A stretch of 64,000 bases of DNA from Takakia lepidozioides (GCA_030704615.1 CM060732.1:23684001-23748000); one strand, 5' to 3'; counted from the first letter of the stretch, positions 38,652 to 52,734 are shown. Program-made: numbers and translations. The notes: generated from the sequence alone by a model not told the origin.

Positions 38652-40882
38652 CTAGGGTAGCTTGTGCCGCTGGCCAGTGTCATCTAAGTAAGTTTTTTTC
38701 CACAGAGTCTACGACCAGATTTGAACCAGAGACCTTTCCCTTGATATCTCTCCCATCGAGGCTCCAACCATTGTCCTAGGAATGCCCACTTTGCCATTTA
38801 CGTTTTTTTTTGTGAATTTCCAGTGACCAAAAGTACTTGGAATTCCACATCTCCCTCGTGAAGGGCCAATCATTGCTCCAGGAAAGCCCACTTTGCTATT
38901 TTTCCCGAATTTCCAGCGACCAAAAGTACTTGAAATTCCAAATCTCCCACGTGAAGGGCCAATCATTGCTCCAGGAAAGCCCACTTTGCTATTTTCCCGA
39001 ATTTTCAGAGACCAAAAGTACTTGAAATTCCTTATCTCCCGCACTGAGGGTCCAAAAATCATGAGACAAAGCCGGTGCACCCCTCCTCATCGAGGGCTTT
39101 CCAACGGTACCAAGCACCAGCGCCGGGCCCCGCGGTTTAGGAGATCTCAACGACGCTACAAACAAAACAAACAAAACAAAACAAAACAAACGTCTCGCTT
39201 CATATATTGACTAGGGTAGCATGTGCCGTTGGCCCAAGTGTCCAATGTCATCTAAGTCCAAGTGCATCAATATATGAAGCAAGCCATATCTAATAAAAAA
39301 AAATTCCACAGAGCCTACGACCTGATTTGAACCGGAGACCTTTTCCTTGATATCTCTCCTCTCGAGGCTCCAACCATTGTCCTAGGAATGCCCACTTTGC
39401 CATTTTTGCTATTTTTTGTGAATTTCCAGCGACCAAAAGTACTTGGAATTCCACATCTCCCACATCGCAGGTCCAAAAAATCGTGAGACCAAGCCCGTGC
39501 ACCCCTCCTCGTCGAGGGCTTTCGAACCGTACCAAGCACCAGCGCTGGGGCCTTGCGGTTTGGGACATCTCAACGTGACAAAACAAACAAAACAAAACAA
39601 ACGTCTCGCTTCATATATTGACTAGGGTAGCATGTGCCGTGGGCCCAAGTGTCCAGTGTCATCTAAGTCCAAGTGCAATCCCCTATGTATCAAAGTGCGT
39701 CTCCTATGTTGAGGCCCAAATGCAACCTTTAGGGTAGCCTGTGCCGTTGGCCCAAGTGTCCAGTGTCATCTAAGTCCAAGTGAAATCCTCATGTATTTAG
39801 AGACCCTCCTATCTAGGCCTAGGGTAGCCTGCGCCATTGGCCCATGGGTTAAGAATGACATCTAAGTCCAAGTGCAATCCCCTATGTATTCAAGTAGTGT
39901 CTCCTATGTCAAGGCCCACGCCCACGTGTGAATTTCTTATGTATCCAAAGTGGGTCTCCTATGTCGAGGCCCAAGTGCAATTCAAGTATCCAAGTGCATC
40001 TCCAATGTCCAACGTCATCTAAGTCTAATCATTTTTTTTCCACAGAGCCTACGACCAGATTTGAACCGGAGACCTTTCCCTTGATATCTCTCCCCTCGAG
40101 GCTCCAACCACTGTCCCATGAATGCCCACTTTGGCATTTTTGCTATTTTTTGTGAATTTCCAGCACTTGGAACTCCGGATCTCCCACACCGCAGGTCCAA
40201 AAGTCATGAGACCTCCTCATTGAGGGCTTTCCAACGGTACCAGCACCACCGTCGGGGCCTAGCGGTTAGGGACATCTCAACGCTACAAAACAAAACAAAA
40301 CAAACAAACGTACGTCTCGATTCATATATTGACTAGGGTAGCCTGTGCCATTGGCCCAAGTGTCCAGGGTCATCTTAGCCCAAGTGCAATCTCCTATGCA
40401 TTCAAGTGCGTCTCCTATGTCTAGGCCCAAGTGTGGTCTCCAAGGTAGCATGTGTTGTTCCCCAAGTGTCCAAGTCCAATCAATTCAAAGTGCGTCTCCT
40501 ATGTCTAGGCCCAAGTGTGGCCTCCAGGGTAGCATGTGTCGTTCGCCCAAGTGTCCAAGTCCAATCATTTTTTTACCACAGAGCCTACGACCAGATTTGA
40601 ACCGGAGACCTTTTCCTTGATATCTCTCATGTCGAGGCTCCAACCATTGTCTAGGAATGCCCACTTCGCTATTTTTCGGGAATTTCCAGCGACCAAGAGT
40701 ACTTGAAATTCCACATCTCCCACACCGCGGGTCCAAAAATCATGAGACCAAGCCCGTGCACCCTTGCTCGTCGAGGGCTTTCCAACGGCACCAAGCACCA
40801 GCGCTGGGGCCTTGCGGTTTGGGACATCTCAACGTAAAACAAACAAAACAAAACAAAACAAACGTCTCGCTTCATATATTGA
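38652..40882 (-). mobile_element. Head-to-tail array of four non-autonomous Helitrons
   Basis: On the minus strand each unit starts TCAATATATGAA and ends GCTACCCTAG. Junctions are at 39210/39211, 39621/39622 and 40332/40333. The whole array sits between host A and T with no TSD. Confidence 0.88.
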
Positions 40883-41097
40883 TGAGATGGATAAATCTTG
40901 GAATTCCCTTAAAAAGCTTTATCAAAAAACAAATAGATTTTTTATATTTTGATGACCACCACACAATTTTCAGCGATTATATGTATACATAATGCTCAAG
41001 CCAAGTTTTTGAGTAATGTGTCTTTCAAAATGTAGTTGATGTTAAATTGATAAAAATATCTTTTTGTTCAAATATATTGCCTCTCATATTACCCTTT

Positions 41098-42420
41098 ACA
41101 GGCATAGGGGAGACTCCAACCAATCTCCAGGAGTTGATTGATTGCGCGAAGAGATACTTTGATCTTTGGGGGCTAGAGGCTAATGTCAGCAAATGTGCAG
41201 TGGTAGCATTCAACGACAGAGGAGAGGGAGGAAGTGATCTTAAGTGGCAGTGGGGTAGCCAAGAGATCCCGGTCATCCCTTCCTACACTTACCTGGGCGT
41301 TGAGTTTTCCTCCAATTGTAATTGGGATGCACATATCCGGAAAGTTGTTCAAACTGGCAAGGGCAAAGCTCTGGGGCTCACTAAATTTTTCCACTGCAGA
41401 GGGGTCAACTCTGAGGTTAAGAAAACCATGCTTTGTCGCGTTATTAGACCTGCCTTGGAGTACGGATCTGCAATATGGGTTGGTAACTCCAACCAGCCTA
41501 AGTCTCTAGAATCCATTCAAGTGGCGGTGCTTAAGGAGTGTATGTCAGCATGCTCCAAAACAGCCAATGTGGCTGTTCGGGGTGAGTTTTGCATTCTGTC
41601 CTTAAGCTCCCGACGAGATGAATTCAAGGTCAGATGGTGGGGTCAGCTGCAACATATGTCCAACACCAGATATCCTAAGTTAATCGACTCTATATCTTGG
41701 AAACAGGACCGCCCTGTCAAACAGGCTAAGTCCTGGCAGAAGAGAGTAGAAGAGATCCTCAAGGACCTGGACCTGGATCCGCAAGTCTTGACCCTGCTGG
41801 ATAAATCTGACTTAGAGGCTGTAGTGTCCTCAGCCATGTCTGTTGCCATGAGATTGTCTGATGAAAATGAAGTTAGGCAGAAAACTTCCCTGAACTTGTT
41901 TCCAGTCTGTGACATGGGGGAGGACATCTTGGATGACCTCAAGGGTCTACCCACTCTCGGCACCAGACTGAAATTTAAACTCAGGGCAGGAAGCCTACCT
42001 TTGAACAGCAAACAGAAGCAGAGAGGAAACCGTTGTGTGGGCAATCTGAAGACAGTATTCATTTTCTGATACACTGTCCGGGGTTCTCTCACCAAAGAGA
42101 CGCTCTCTTCAAATCTATCAAGGGAATTGTGCCTGTACCCCTGTTTACCAACTTTGAAAGTCTCGAGGCTGAGCCAAAAGCCCAGGCCCTCCTGAGGCCT
42201 AGTTTTTGGGCAAATCACATGGCAGATTGATGCTTGTGTGAAGGGATTTCTAGAGGATATCTGGAAAACCCGGATTAATTCTATATATGAAGGTAAGTCT
42301 TACTACCAACGTCAGCCCCTGACAGAGGTAGGTTCTGTCCCTTTTGTTCCCGCTCAAACTGGGCGCGGGGTCAATGGCCACAAGGCTACGGCAAACAACG
42401 TCTTATGAGTACAATCTCTA
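41098..42420 (+). mobile_element. 5'-truncated RTEX-like LINE (RT C-terminus, thumb, CCHC finger, 3' UTR)
   Basis: LQELID..WGLEANVSKCAVV..YTYLGVEF..IRPALEYGSAIW..AVRGEF, then TRLKFKLRAGSLPLN and CGQSEDSIHFLIHC. Conserved 3' tail. Confidence 0.88.
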
Positions 42421-42427
42421 ACTCTAC

Positions 42428-42880
42428 CTACCCTCGGCTCTAGAGTGAAATTTGAACTCAGAGTAGTGAGTCTATTGAACACTAAACAGATGCAGAGAGG
42501 AAAGGGAGATTGTTAGTGCCTGCCCAACAGTTAGACCCCAACAAGCCAGGGCTTTAGGCTCAGCCTCGAGATTTCAAAAGTTGGTGCAGGCACTATGTTC
42601 TTGATGATCCTGAAAAGGGTTACTCTCTGGTGAGAATACTCCGGACTTTGTATGAGAAAATGGATATTGTCTTCAGGCCCCTTGCACAGCAGATTGGTGC
42701 TTGTCTGAAGAGCTTTCTAGAGGAAACCTAGAAAGCCCAAACAAATTAGTTATATGACAGTAAGTCCCCATCGTGGAGTGAGCCCCTAACAGAAGTAGTG
42801 TCTGTTCCCTTTTGTCCTGCTGGGTGTCTATGGCCACAAGGCTACGGCAAGCATCTTATGAGTGCATTGTATCTAACTCT
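42428..42880. mobile_element. Older rearranged RTEX fragments, partly inverted
   Basis: Diverged copies of TGAAATTTGAACTCAG, an inverted GGCTCAGCCTCGAGA..AAAGTTGGT block and a tail GGCCACAAGGCTACGGCAAG. Confidence 0.75.
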
Positions 42881-44994
42881 AAAAAAGTTACAGGAGGTCT
42901 AGCAGGCCTACAGGGTCGATGCCTTGAAGGGTCCACCATAGCCAACACTGGCAGTTGGTCAATAAGTACATAACTAGTGCAATAACCACAGGAACACCTG
43001 TTTCAAGGTACAGGGCTAAAGGAGCAGTGCTGGAACCCTCTCATACTTTCTAGCGTGAGTTAGGACCAGCCCTTAAATCAATGGACAGTTCTGGAACCAT
43101 ATTGTCATAAGTTGTGCATAGGCACTACAGCAATTTGGGGCTTAAAATCACAAAACCTGGTCGGCTGAAACCCTACAACTGGTTCAGGATGGTTAGTGGA
43201 CACTACTGTGCAACAGTCAACTCTTGCGAAGAATGGTCAATGATGACATCTTTGTCTCTCTTTCTCTCTACTATCCTTTTCACTCGACGATTATGACGTC
43301 AATCCCTGCGATTCCCTGTGACTGGATTTTTTTATGAGTTGTTCATTAATGCTAAAGAAGTTCCAGGCGGCATATACTCTGGCAGGTTGAATTCCCACAA
43401 CTAGATCCCTTTTTTAATGCCGAGAAGCATTCTTGACGTAGTACGTGCCCTCAGGGACTCTCTCTCTCTCTCTCTCTCCTTCCTGTAGTCAATTTTCTTT
43501 GTTTCTTCTGTCCCTCTCCACTTGGCTAAGGTGAATATGCTCATGAAGCAATATCACAACTCAATTCAATGGGTTACTCTCTTCTCATGTTTTCCTGCTG
43601 TGAAAAGGATTCTTTGCTTGTATTTCAAAGGCCTGGTAAGTTAATGTACGTTACGAGCTAGGTTCAAGCTAAGTTAGGGGACTTGATATGGCTTGTTTTG
43701 CCATGTGCAGGTGGGCAGTGGACCCACAATTGGACATTGTGGTACCTGCAAAGAGCACACCATGGCCTGCCCTCCCTATCCAACAACCTTCACCTCCACC
43801 ACCTCATCCCACCCCCATTGTGGAGGGACCGGGAAGGCAATAAGGTGGCCAGTCGGGATCCCAAGCCCAAGCGGACAAGACGGAAGCGTCAATCTACTCG
43901 CGGTAAAGTGACTGAGGACATGCGGGACTCGACTGTGACCAAAGGCTTACAGTCACGGCAATAAGATTCTTCTGTGCATAATGTGAGGGAGGTCCTCATT
44001 TTGGGGTGTAGTAGTCAAGGTGTAATGAGGTGTATTTGCAACAAGGGAAGGTCTTACAAAGCCCAGATCATGCTATAATTTGAGACATTGTTCGATTTCA
44101 AGAAATCCATAATAGACTATTTTCTATATTTTGATGGACCACCACATAATTTTCTGAAGTTATGTTCTGTATATGTGTGTGTCTATATATATATATATAC
44201 CACAAGCCATATTTTTGAAGTATCTCAAAAAATCCAGTTGAGGTTAAACTGATCTAATAAAATATATTTCTTTCGAATATATTACCCCATAATTTATGGT
44301 CTAGTCGAGCAGAATTTTGTGGGAGTTTTTTTGTAGTAGCTTATAATCTTAGGTCCACGAAAACATTATTATGTATGTATTTCCATAGTGGAATCTAGCC
44401 AACTCCGGAGGTATGATGCATAACTAGGCTCAACGTTAAACAATTGGAATTTATGGATGAATGGTGGTAGGTAGTTGCACTAGTTTTAGTGCAACGGGCT
44501 AACAAAAATGTCCAAAAAAATCAAAACCACCTTAAAATGGTTGATAATGTACGAAGTTGATTTTGAATATTAGCCCATGTTATCAAGCTCTATCACTCAA
44601 TAATAAAGGTGTGTGTTTTTCTGGAAATGAGAGAATGGAAATGCACAATACATAATCTCCCAAATCCTAAGCACATCTGCTCAATGCGTGATCATACATT
44701 GGTCAACCTTCATTTAGCCGACTGGTCTATTACAGGATTTAGCAAAGAACTTGGCTCAAACATGTCGGAACTAATCAATAAACATTAACATATAATTTCA
44801 CATTATCATAAGCTCAGAAACTTCACATCTCCTATTGGAATTCCTCAATCAGCATAGCCGGGCCTGAATCAAACATCAATGGACTAGGCCTTTCGTCTTC
44901 ACTGGGTGTTGCTGCTAAAAAAATAACCGATTGTGAGAGGGTCCCTAAAACATGATTTTCCTAGCTTTAGGTATTGGCCTCTTAACTCCTAGCT

Positions 44995-47034
44995 TTATAG
45001 TGAAACCGGAGCAGGGGTTGGCTCTTGAGATGCAGCTGGGGTTGGAGCTGCAGTTTTGTTTGGAGTAGGTGGAGCACCTGAAGTTGTTGCAGCCGAAGCT
45101 CCGATTTTGCTTTTTCCAGTTGCGGGTGCAGCTGTTTCTTTTGCTTTGCCAATTTGACCGGTGATTGGTTTTGTTTTAGCGAAAGGGTTCACACCTTGAC
45201 TCATGTAGTATTTGTGGGCGTATAGAGTGAGCTCACATGAATGTCTTTCAAAGGTAAACAAGGGATGTTTATTGATCTGCATAAAACAAAAATATTACGT
45301 TGTTAGTTTGCAAAGCGCATTAATGCAATGTAATATGTCATCAGTTATGTTCTACAACTTCCATTTATTGGTGGCCAGCGACAACCAACCATTAGCATAA
45401 GCCACCTCATTAGTGGTCGTGAGTTCAAACCATGTGTTTGCTGTCATAAAGATGTTCATCTTCCCACCAGAAGTCAGTAACACTTCGGGGTAAGTGATAC
45501 CATAAGTTACATTTGTTTCGACAACCTATTGACACTTTTTTTTTCAAATTTTGGTGTGCGCTATAAAGTATCTTCAACTTTTCCTACCCCAAAACATTCA
45601 AAAAATAGAGTAAAGTAATCAAAGTTGTTTAAGTGCTTCCCCCCTAGCCTCCCTCCCAACTACATTAGAAACAAAGGTCTTAAAGGTGTGAGGCTTTTTC
45701 CTTGGCTTTTTCTTTCTTCCTGTCCTTTACAGTAGGCTTAGGTTTCTTTCAAGTGAAAGATTGGAATGGCTCTCCAATTAGAGACATGCAATTCAAATAT
45801 AAATGAAAAGAAACGGTAGACTTATAAAAGGCAAGATACCAAGGGCTTGGAACTCCAACCATATTCTTGGGTGGTGGTCAAAGGCAGTTCGTATTTATCT
45901 GGGGGTGGCATTTCTGGGTTCTTTATAGGTGACAGTTTTTCCATCAGCTTGATTGCATCCTCAAACTCTTTCATTGTAACTGCCCAACACAATGTATTTG
46001 CATATCTAGTGTCAGTTGAAAGTTCCAGACTAAGTATATCACCTAACTCGGAAGAGTTTATATACCACATGAGGTCTGTGCTTAGAAAGCTCCGGCTTGT
46101 GTCCCTCCACTATAATGATATAGTAGAGTGAGACTAGACAAAAACTGTGTCATCTAGAAGCTTATACAGTACATATCATGAATGATGTGAACTCACAAAA
46201 TCGTGCTTTCTCATCAATCAACCCTGAATTGATTCTCTACTATCATGTCGGTAGCTATGTGTGAGTATTTACTATTAATTACTTAAGCAATTTTGAACTG
46301 AGTATACCTACCCTGGTATTCCCATCTCATCGAAGTGTTAGATACCTCAATGATATTGAATCATTAGAACCCCTGCAAGAAATCTGTTTTTTGATCATTA
46401 AGAAAATATCACCAAACAAAAGCGAGGTGTAATAAAATGAGTACCTCTGATGGAAGGCTTGAAATTCGTGGGCTTGTCTGTGATGGTGAACACTGGAGAA
46501 CAATAAAATAAAATAAAAGAGTAAGCTCTCTCTCCCTATCTTTCCCCATCAAATGATGGACCATTGAATGGATGCACTTAATAGGTCAAAAGTATTAAAT
46601 AAAACCCTTCAAATTAGCAGTTATTTTTTTAGGGTGACTGTAACTGTGTTTAAGAACATTGCTTTTCCTTACCAGATTATCCGTCGCAAACAAACAAGAA
46701 AAGGAATTATAAATCATGGAACCTTCTGGTTCATTTTCTTAAGCAGCTATATTGTAGTTCTCAAGACACAGAAAGAAATGTATTTATTATGTCTACGGGC
46801 CGGGGGGGGGGGGAGGAGAGTACTAGTGCGAGGATCAATTTGGAAATGCCCTTGAATTATGGGCAAAGCATCGCACTTGTCACAATGCTCCTTCCACACC
46901 TTGTTGGCTGATATTGGATCCATTGGTGTTGGCTTCCTGAAGACTCGTACCCTTTCTGGTGACCCTGGGGGCCCCGACGAGGTTGGCTTAGCCATTGGGG
47001 TGGGCTTAGCCGCTGCAGTTGCCTTAGGTTCCAT
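44995..47034 (-). CDS. CFAP144: FAM183/CFAP144-like ciliary microtubule inner protein
   Basis: Exons 47034-46824, 46492-46445, 45979-45840 and 45276-~44995 splice in frame at GT-AG. They read MDPISANKVWKEHCDK..FQIDPRTMFTITDKPTNF..PPPDKYELPLTTTQEYGWSSKPL..FERHSCELTLYAHKYY..NPF, similar to FAM183A (NQILRELYLKE..VNP..ITRKP..PTKKYPEAQTENQEIGW..SDITLY). Confidence 0.8.
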
Positions 47035-49071
47035 AGCTGCTCATACAATATATACGTAAGTTACCGCTCACAAATCAAAGCAAGAATGTTCAACTTGTTT
47101 CGTTTTTGTAACCCTTGTGATTTCGAAAAATGGTCGTTATGTTGGGATGGCCATAGCTGCACACATGGAAGAATATTTGATTGAACCAAATCAATTCAAA
47201 AGAGTAGATAATTGCTAATTGTCGATGGTTAAAGCGTAACCATGGATTCAATGAACAAATCATTGTCTAATCACTCGGTCAGTCGTTGCAAGTTGGAGTT
47301 GTCCTGAAATTTCTCTTAAGCCATATCAACTCATATGTGTATAAACTGTAATATAACAAAGTTGATACAAAGACGAAAATCTTCTTGTTTTGGAAGAATC
47401 AGAACCTAGTTTTTGACCACCGATTGGCCTTAGTAATTAGGTGTAATATTTAGTCATAACATCTGCTTCTTTTGATCTCATATTCTACAAAATTATAGTT
47501 GAGTTGGAGAGCAACAAATTTCTATTGGCAATCCAGAAGCTTCAACACCGTTCTCTTGTTGTTCGAGGAACTTTTATATGCATTAAACCCATGCAATATG
47601 TTGTTGACCAAGCAGACTAATGAGTCCTCAGTAGAGTAAAGATCAGAATTAGGAAAACCATGACACACACGTTAACAGGTTGAATAGTTTTCAATGTGTA
47701 TCTCACTCCAGTGATCAGTATAAACTCATTTTGGCCGAGCCAAATTTCCTACATATTTTGATATAGTAATGAAGATTTCATAAAAGGCAAAATAGGCTTG
47801 AATGATGTAGGTAGTACACAATAGAGAGCTCCACGAGAAGTACAAAAACTATGGCCTCAGCTATATCAACTATTACAAAATATGAACAAAATGAAAAGAA
47901 AATGAGAGAGTGAGAAAGAGTTCAAGAACACAAATAGAATTAGAGGAGAATAAAAACACAGACAAAAATCAAGAAGATGATTAAAAAGCCAGATGGACCT
48001 TTTACGGAGAGAAAAGAGTAAGAACACGTGAGGACCTCAATGGTTCAGATCTGGTATCCACGGAAGTCAAAAAGAGGAGCAAAGAAAAAACAAAATGTCA
48101 GTACAACTGTTTCAAGCAGATATTAAACTGCCCAGTGTCAGTCCTTGAAAAATCCATTTGTCCATATCTGAATTCTGGATGCAATACACAAAATTATATG
48201 TTGCATGATAGGTGGTTACGGATCCCAATATTCCAAAACTCTAAAACCGCAAGATCACTAAAGAAAGTTTTTGTAAGATATTCAGAATCAATAGATAAAA
48301 AATAAAAATAAAACATCCGCATAACATTGGTTTAAATTTATTTATAATACATTGTCATTGTCACACCACTTAGTGTGGAATGCTTAGAAGTATGACATAT
48401 ATTTTAAAATCTCAACCCTAGTGACTTAATGAACAACTAACGATGCAAATCAGATCTTCATTCATTTATTATTGGCTCCTCCCTTAAGGAGAGACCACGC
48501 ATTGGTGCCAAAACCAAGAACGATCATAATATACCTCCCTCAGATAAGCCTATATAGACATACCTTTCTCATATAAAACGTATTGAGACGTGGAACCTCC
48601 ATGGGATAGCGCCTTGTATGGGTCCCCACCTCTGGAGTTATTATATCTTTCCCCAAAGATGAAAGAGACGAAAACGGAAAGGTATTTGTTGTGTGGACAG
48701 AGGGGGAAAAAAGACAAAAAAAAATGCCCCTGATAGTTGAATGAGATATATGAGAAATATATCAAATAAAATATATGTTTAAAAAGAGACATACTACTCA
48801 AATAATACACAATATAATATATTTAGTATATGGTGGATTTGAGAGGTGAGGAGAATGCAGGTGCACTCAAACTATTGAATGCTAATGATTGTGAAACTTT
48901 CGTACATATTTTATGTGAAACATAATGCACAAGAAGTTGTGTTTAGATCGTTGGTAAATCAGAGGCTTGTTGACGAATAAGTGTTGTGTTCAAAATTGCT
49001 ACATACATTTTTCTGCAATGAAAGCACGGACACCACATCTGGTGCATGGTAAATTTGAGTGGTTAGGCTAA

Positions 49072-49539
49072 GAGCACCCCCAACGCAGGTACGCCATGCC
49101 ATTTCCAACGCCATTTTGGCATGGCGTTTCCTGGATTGTGCCCCATCGTACCCCGCCAACACTATATTTGGCGCGGAGGGACCTATGCCAAGGGCAGGGG
49201 GTATGCCATATTTTCAATCTTTGGCGTACCTCACCAAGCCTCCGCCAAGCGCGCACGTGCACGCCCAAGCACAGGGAGCAAATCTGGTGCGTGCACGTCG
49301 CGCAGGAGTTATGAGGAATAGGCGCTCTTGCTTTTGGGGATATGAAGAGTAGATGCGGCGCAGACTAGAGCCACCACGTGGCTTCGGCAGGCTGGCAAGC
49401 CCACCTTGGTGCTAGATTTGACGTGACCCCGGTGGACGTCCCTCCGCCAAACTTCACGCCATGAGCCAAACCCCACGCCAAAGCTCTATGCCATGAGCAG
49501 CTTGGCGGGGCCCGATGGCGTTCACAGTTGGAGATGCTC
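49072..49539. mobile_element. PIF/Harbinger Tourist-like MITE (468 bp)
   Basis: TIRs GAGCACCCCCAAC / GTTGGAGATGCTC with a TAA TSD on both sides. Confidence 0.92.
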
Positions 49540-50385
49540 TAAGGCAGGTACACTCAAGCTATCCAAAGCAAATGATTGTAAAAGTTGTATATATAAAAAT
49601 AATCAGTATTATACATGAAATTATCATTAGGTAGACGGTAAAATAAAAGAGACACGCAGTAGAAATAGAAATGTTGTGTTCGAATTCCACTGAAGCATTT
49701 TTTTCTCCTAAATGCATAGATTCGATGGAAAATGTGGCAAATAATAAAATGATGGCGGCAGAGAGGGACGGAACTCTAAAACGGTGATAGAAATGCCCAA
49801 ATTGTAGATGTATTCTATATTTTTACATCCAAAAATGGATGAAAAGACACGTGTCGCAAAGCTTAGGACTTTATTTTAATATTTTTTTTAAGAAAAAGAA
49901 AAAGAAAAAGAAAAAACCATATCTTTTACGAGATGTTGTCACGATGCTAAGATTGCTCTTGTGGTTAGTTCATATAGCCTTATCTCATTGTGGCACAATG
50001 CATCCGAAGTTCAAATCTCTTCATCATTATCTTTTAGTTATATCAAGTTAGGGGTTACAATTTTCTGCCCTAACCTAGCTAACTAACCCTAACACCCCAA
50101 CATTGTCGCATCGCTTCTTTGCTTGTCTTTCTCTTATTTGTTTTGAATTTTTGCGGGCGTTGCAGGGTGTTTGGACGGTGCACTAAAAACAACCCATTCC
50201 TACACCACATCGCAACATTTGCATTCCCACACATCATATGGTTCTCCCATGAAGTAATCTGTAAGTATAAATTTCCCTCATTCCAGCATTCTTTCTATCT
50301 TACTTTCGCTAGTTTGCTCATTTTGTTTACACCTTTGTAAGTCGGCTTGCTTTTGTTTTTACTCTTGCTTTTGCTTCTTCTTTCA

Positions 50386-51203
50386 TGACTACCATCAAGC
50401 GCAAGAGAGAGTGTTAGTTCTTGTTGGTAGATGATCTAGATCTATCCGTTAGAGATGCTATTTTTGAAGGTCAAGTTTTGAGCCGCTGTGGGAATTTCTC
50501 CAAACCTTCTGCCTTGGACTCTCCATCAACTTGGCAGTATCTGCATTGTAATATCACAGATAAGGAGGGCTTAACTACTGTCAGCATTACTATTTCATAT
50601 CTCTTATTCAGACCCCCACTGACAAATTTATTAGGGGCGGGTAGGTCCGTTTAAAGAATTTTTGTGTTTGTCCCAAGCTCAAGTTTGAGAAGTGAGACCT
50701 TGATTTTTGTATGAAGATAACTGCTGCTATGTGCAAACCATTGCACCTTTTCCAATCCATCATGTCTTGAATTTTTTGGCCAATGACACAATTTCCAGTT
50801 TTTCCAAGCGTTTTCATGATAAAATTGCAACAGCGACCATTGTTGTTTTTATTATCAGGGTCCATGGTCAGGTGAAACAATGCTTCGACTCGACTATGGC
50901 AGATGGTCTATCACAGAACGACATCCAAATTGTAAGATCATAATTCACTTTCAGTTCCATTCATGTTTTGTTATGTATTTTTACATTATTGAATGATTGT
51001 TTTTTTTATTGCATATGTACTATGTGAATTTTTATGTTACGTTTCATGCTGAGTATGAACGGCTAGTCCAAGAATTTCGTATAAGGGCTGCCACATATGT
51101 GCTATTCAAAAACATTGGTGCAACCTCCACTGGAGATGCCCGCCTCCTGACTCTTCTTTGCACTATTTTCTCTACTATGACGGATGTGGATGTTTCAGTT
51201 TAG
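50386..51203 (+). pseudogene. RPA1-like tandem OB-fold ssDNA-binding protein remnant (Helitron accessory gene)
   Basis: Broken frames read YLHCNITDKEGLTTVSITIS..DKFIRGG*VRLKNFCV.PK.KFEK, ATIVVFIIRVHG..MADG..DIQI and YVLFKNIG. This resembles DUF223/RPA70 OB folds. Confidence 0.5.
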
Positions 51204-51896
51204 GGTTTACTGTCACATTTTAGGTTTTAGCTTCTTCATGTTATCTTCTATGCTCAAAAACTATCTCTGTATTTTACAATTTTATGGATTTTCAGTATAT
51301 ATCTCTTCAAACATATAAAGACATCTAGATAAGTTTCTCAGTAATTATTTCAGTATTTTTGTCAGTATTTCAGTCAAAAAAATACTTTTCAGCTCATAAT
51401 AAACGTCATGTTTTCAAATGTCATATTATAATTTTATTTTCAAATTACTTCTTTATATTTATATTATCTCAATTACAAAAAAACAAAAAATTGTTCCATA
51501 TTTCTCATATTTATTTTATATTATTCTACTGCATGCCCAACCCATATATCTAATGTTTTCATTTTCACCAATTTTATTTCATAGTTTGAACATTTTAAAA
51601 TCTGACAATTGAATAAGACCAATGTATTAACTGGAAGTTTAATTTTTTACTTCATATCATATGATTTAATTACAGTAAAATAATTATATTCAAAATATTT
51701 TAATATAATTTTTTCACTAATATAATTTGTATTATATTTTTTATTCACCGATTATTGTTACGATTAACAACAAAATTTCTAATATTTACATAATTCTTAT
51801 TTTTATATTTATTAATATTTACATATTTAACTACAACATACTAAATTGCATCCAAAAAAATTCATCCATCCAAAAAAATTTACATTCATTTTCAAT

Positions 51897-52400
51897 ATGG
51901 ACATAGATTCAAATTTTGCATAGTTGGCAGCACTTTATGCAAAATTATCAATATATTGCTGGTGATTGTTTGTTTGATTTTATTGCATATTTATTGTATT
52001 ATGCGTAAACATCTACATCCTTAAGTTGTGACAACGTAACTAATTTCTTGCAAGCTTTGCAAACTCAAAATAATGATAGAACTGAAACAATTCAATCCAT
52101 TATTCTCAAGAAATTTTATATGAATTGCATGGCGTTCATTCGTTGCATAAGTTTACTCAAAAAATGGCTATCAGTGCTGCAAATAGAGGAACTTTGGAAG
52201 GTGATAATCTTTCCATCGTATGTTTGGCAAATGTTTTACAAACACCAATACATATGTGGTCTCGTATGAACAAACATATTATGTTTTCTGCAGACGATCA
52301 ATTTTCTACACATAATCCTCTACAAATTATGTATGATGATACATGTTCAACACGAAGTGGTCACTACGAACCCATTGTCTCCAACAATTTCAATTTGGCT
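51897..52400 (+). pseudogene. OTU-family cysteine protease domain remnant
   Basis: YIAGDCLFDFIAYLL (catalytic Cys loop, ~51950-51995), LEGDNLSIVCLANVLQTPIHMW and LQIMY..GHYEPI (catalytic His). Stops and frameshifts are present. Confidence 0.75.
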
Positions 52401-52734
52401 TATGTTGCTACAACACATATGTCATACAAACAATCCACATTTATTATCATGAGCATCAACATACATCACAAAAGACAGATACCACTATTTCTCACCAATT
52501 TCAAAATATCGAAAGCTCGATCTTGTCATGTCCATTAGTTGAATCCAAACCAAATAAAAATCGACAAAAAATAGTACATTTGCAACAAAAATTAAAACCA
52601 ACACGGTGTCATTGGTTGCCAATGCGTGATCAAATAATGACCGAATTAATAATTGAAATGTCAACTTCTACACTCAAAGATATATCTCAAGTATTTGCAA
52701 AAAAAATCGTGGATTTGAATTTGACCTTCACTCA

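Noticed and set aside
38652-40882. Many short overlapping ORFs or a CRISPR-like array
   Set aside because: Explained by tandem non-autonomous Helitron units.
42310-42420. Hammerhead ribozyme in the RTEX tail
   Set aside because: No CTGANGA...GAAA core in the right arrangement could be identified.
46311-46372. Additional CFAP144 exon
   Set aside because: It gives a stop in the required phase, and the flanking exons splice in frame without it.
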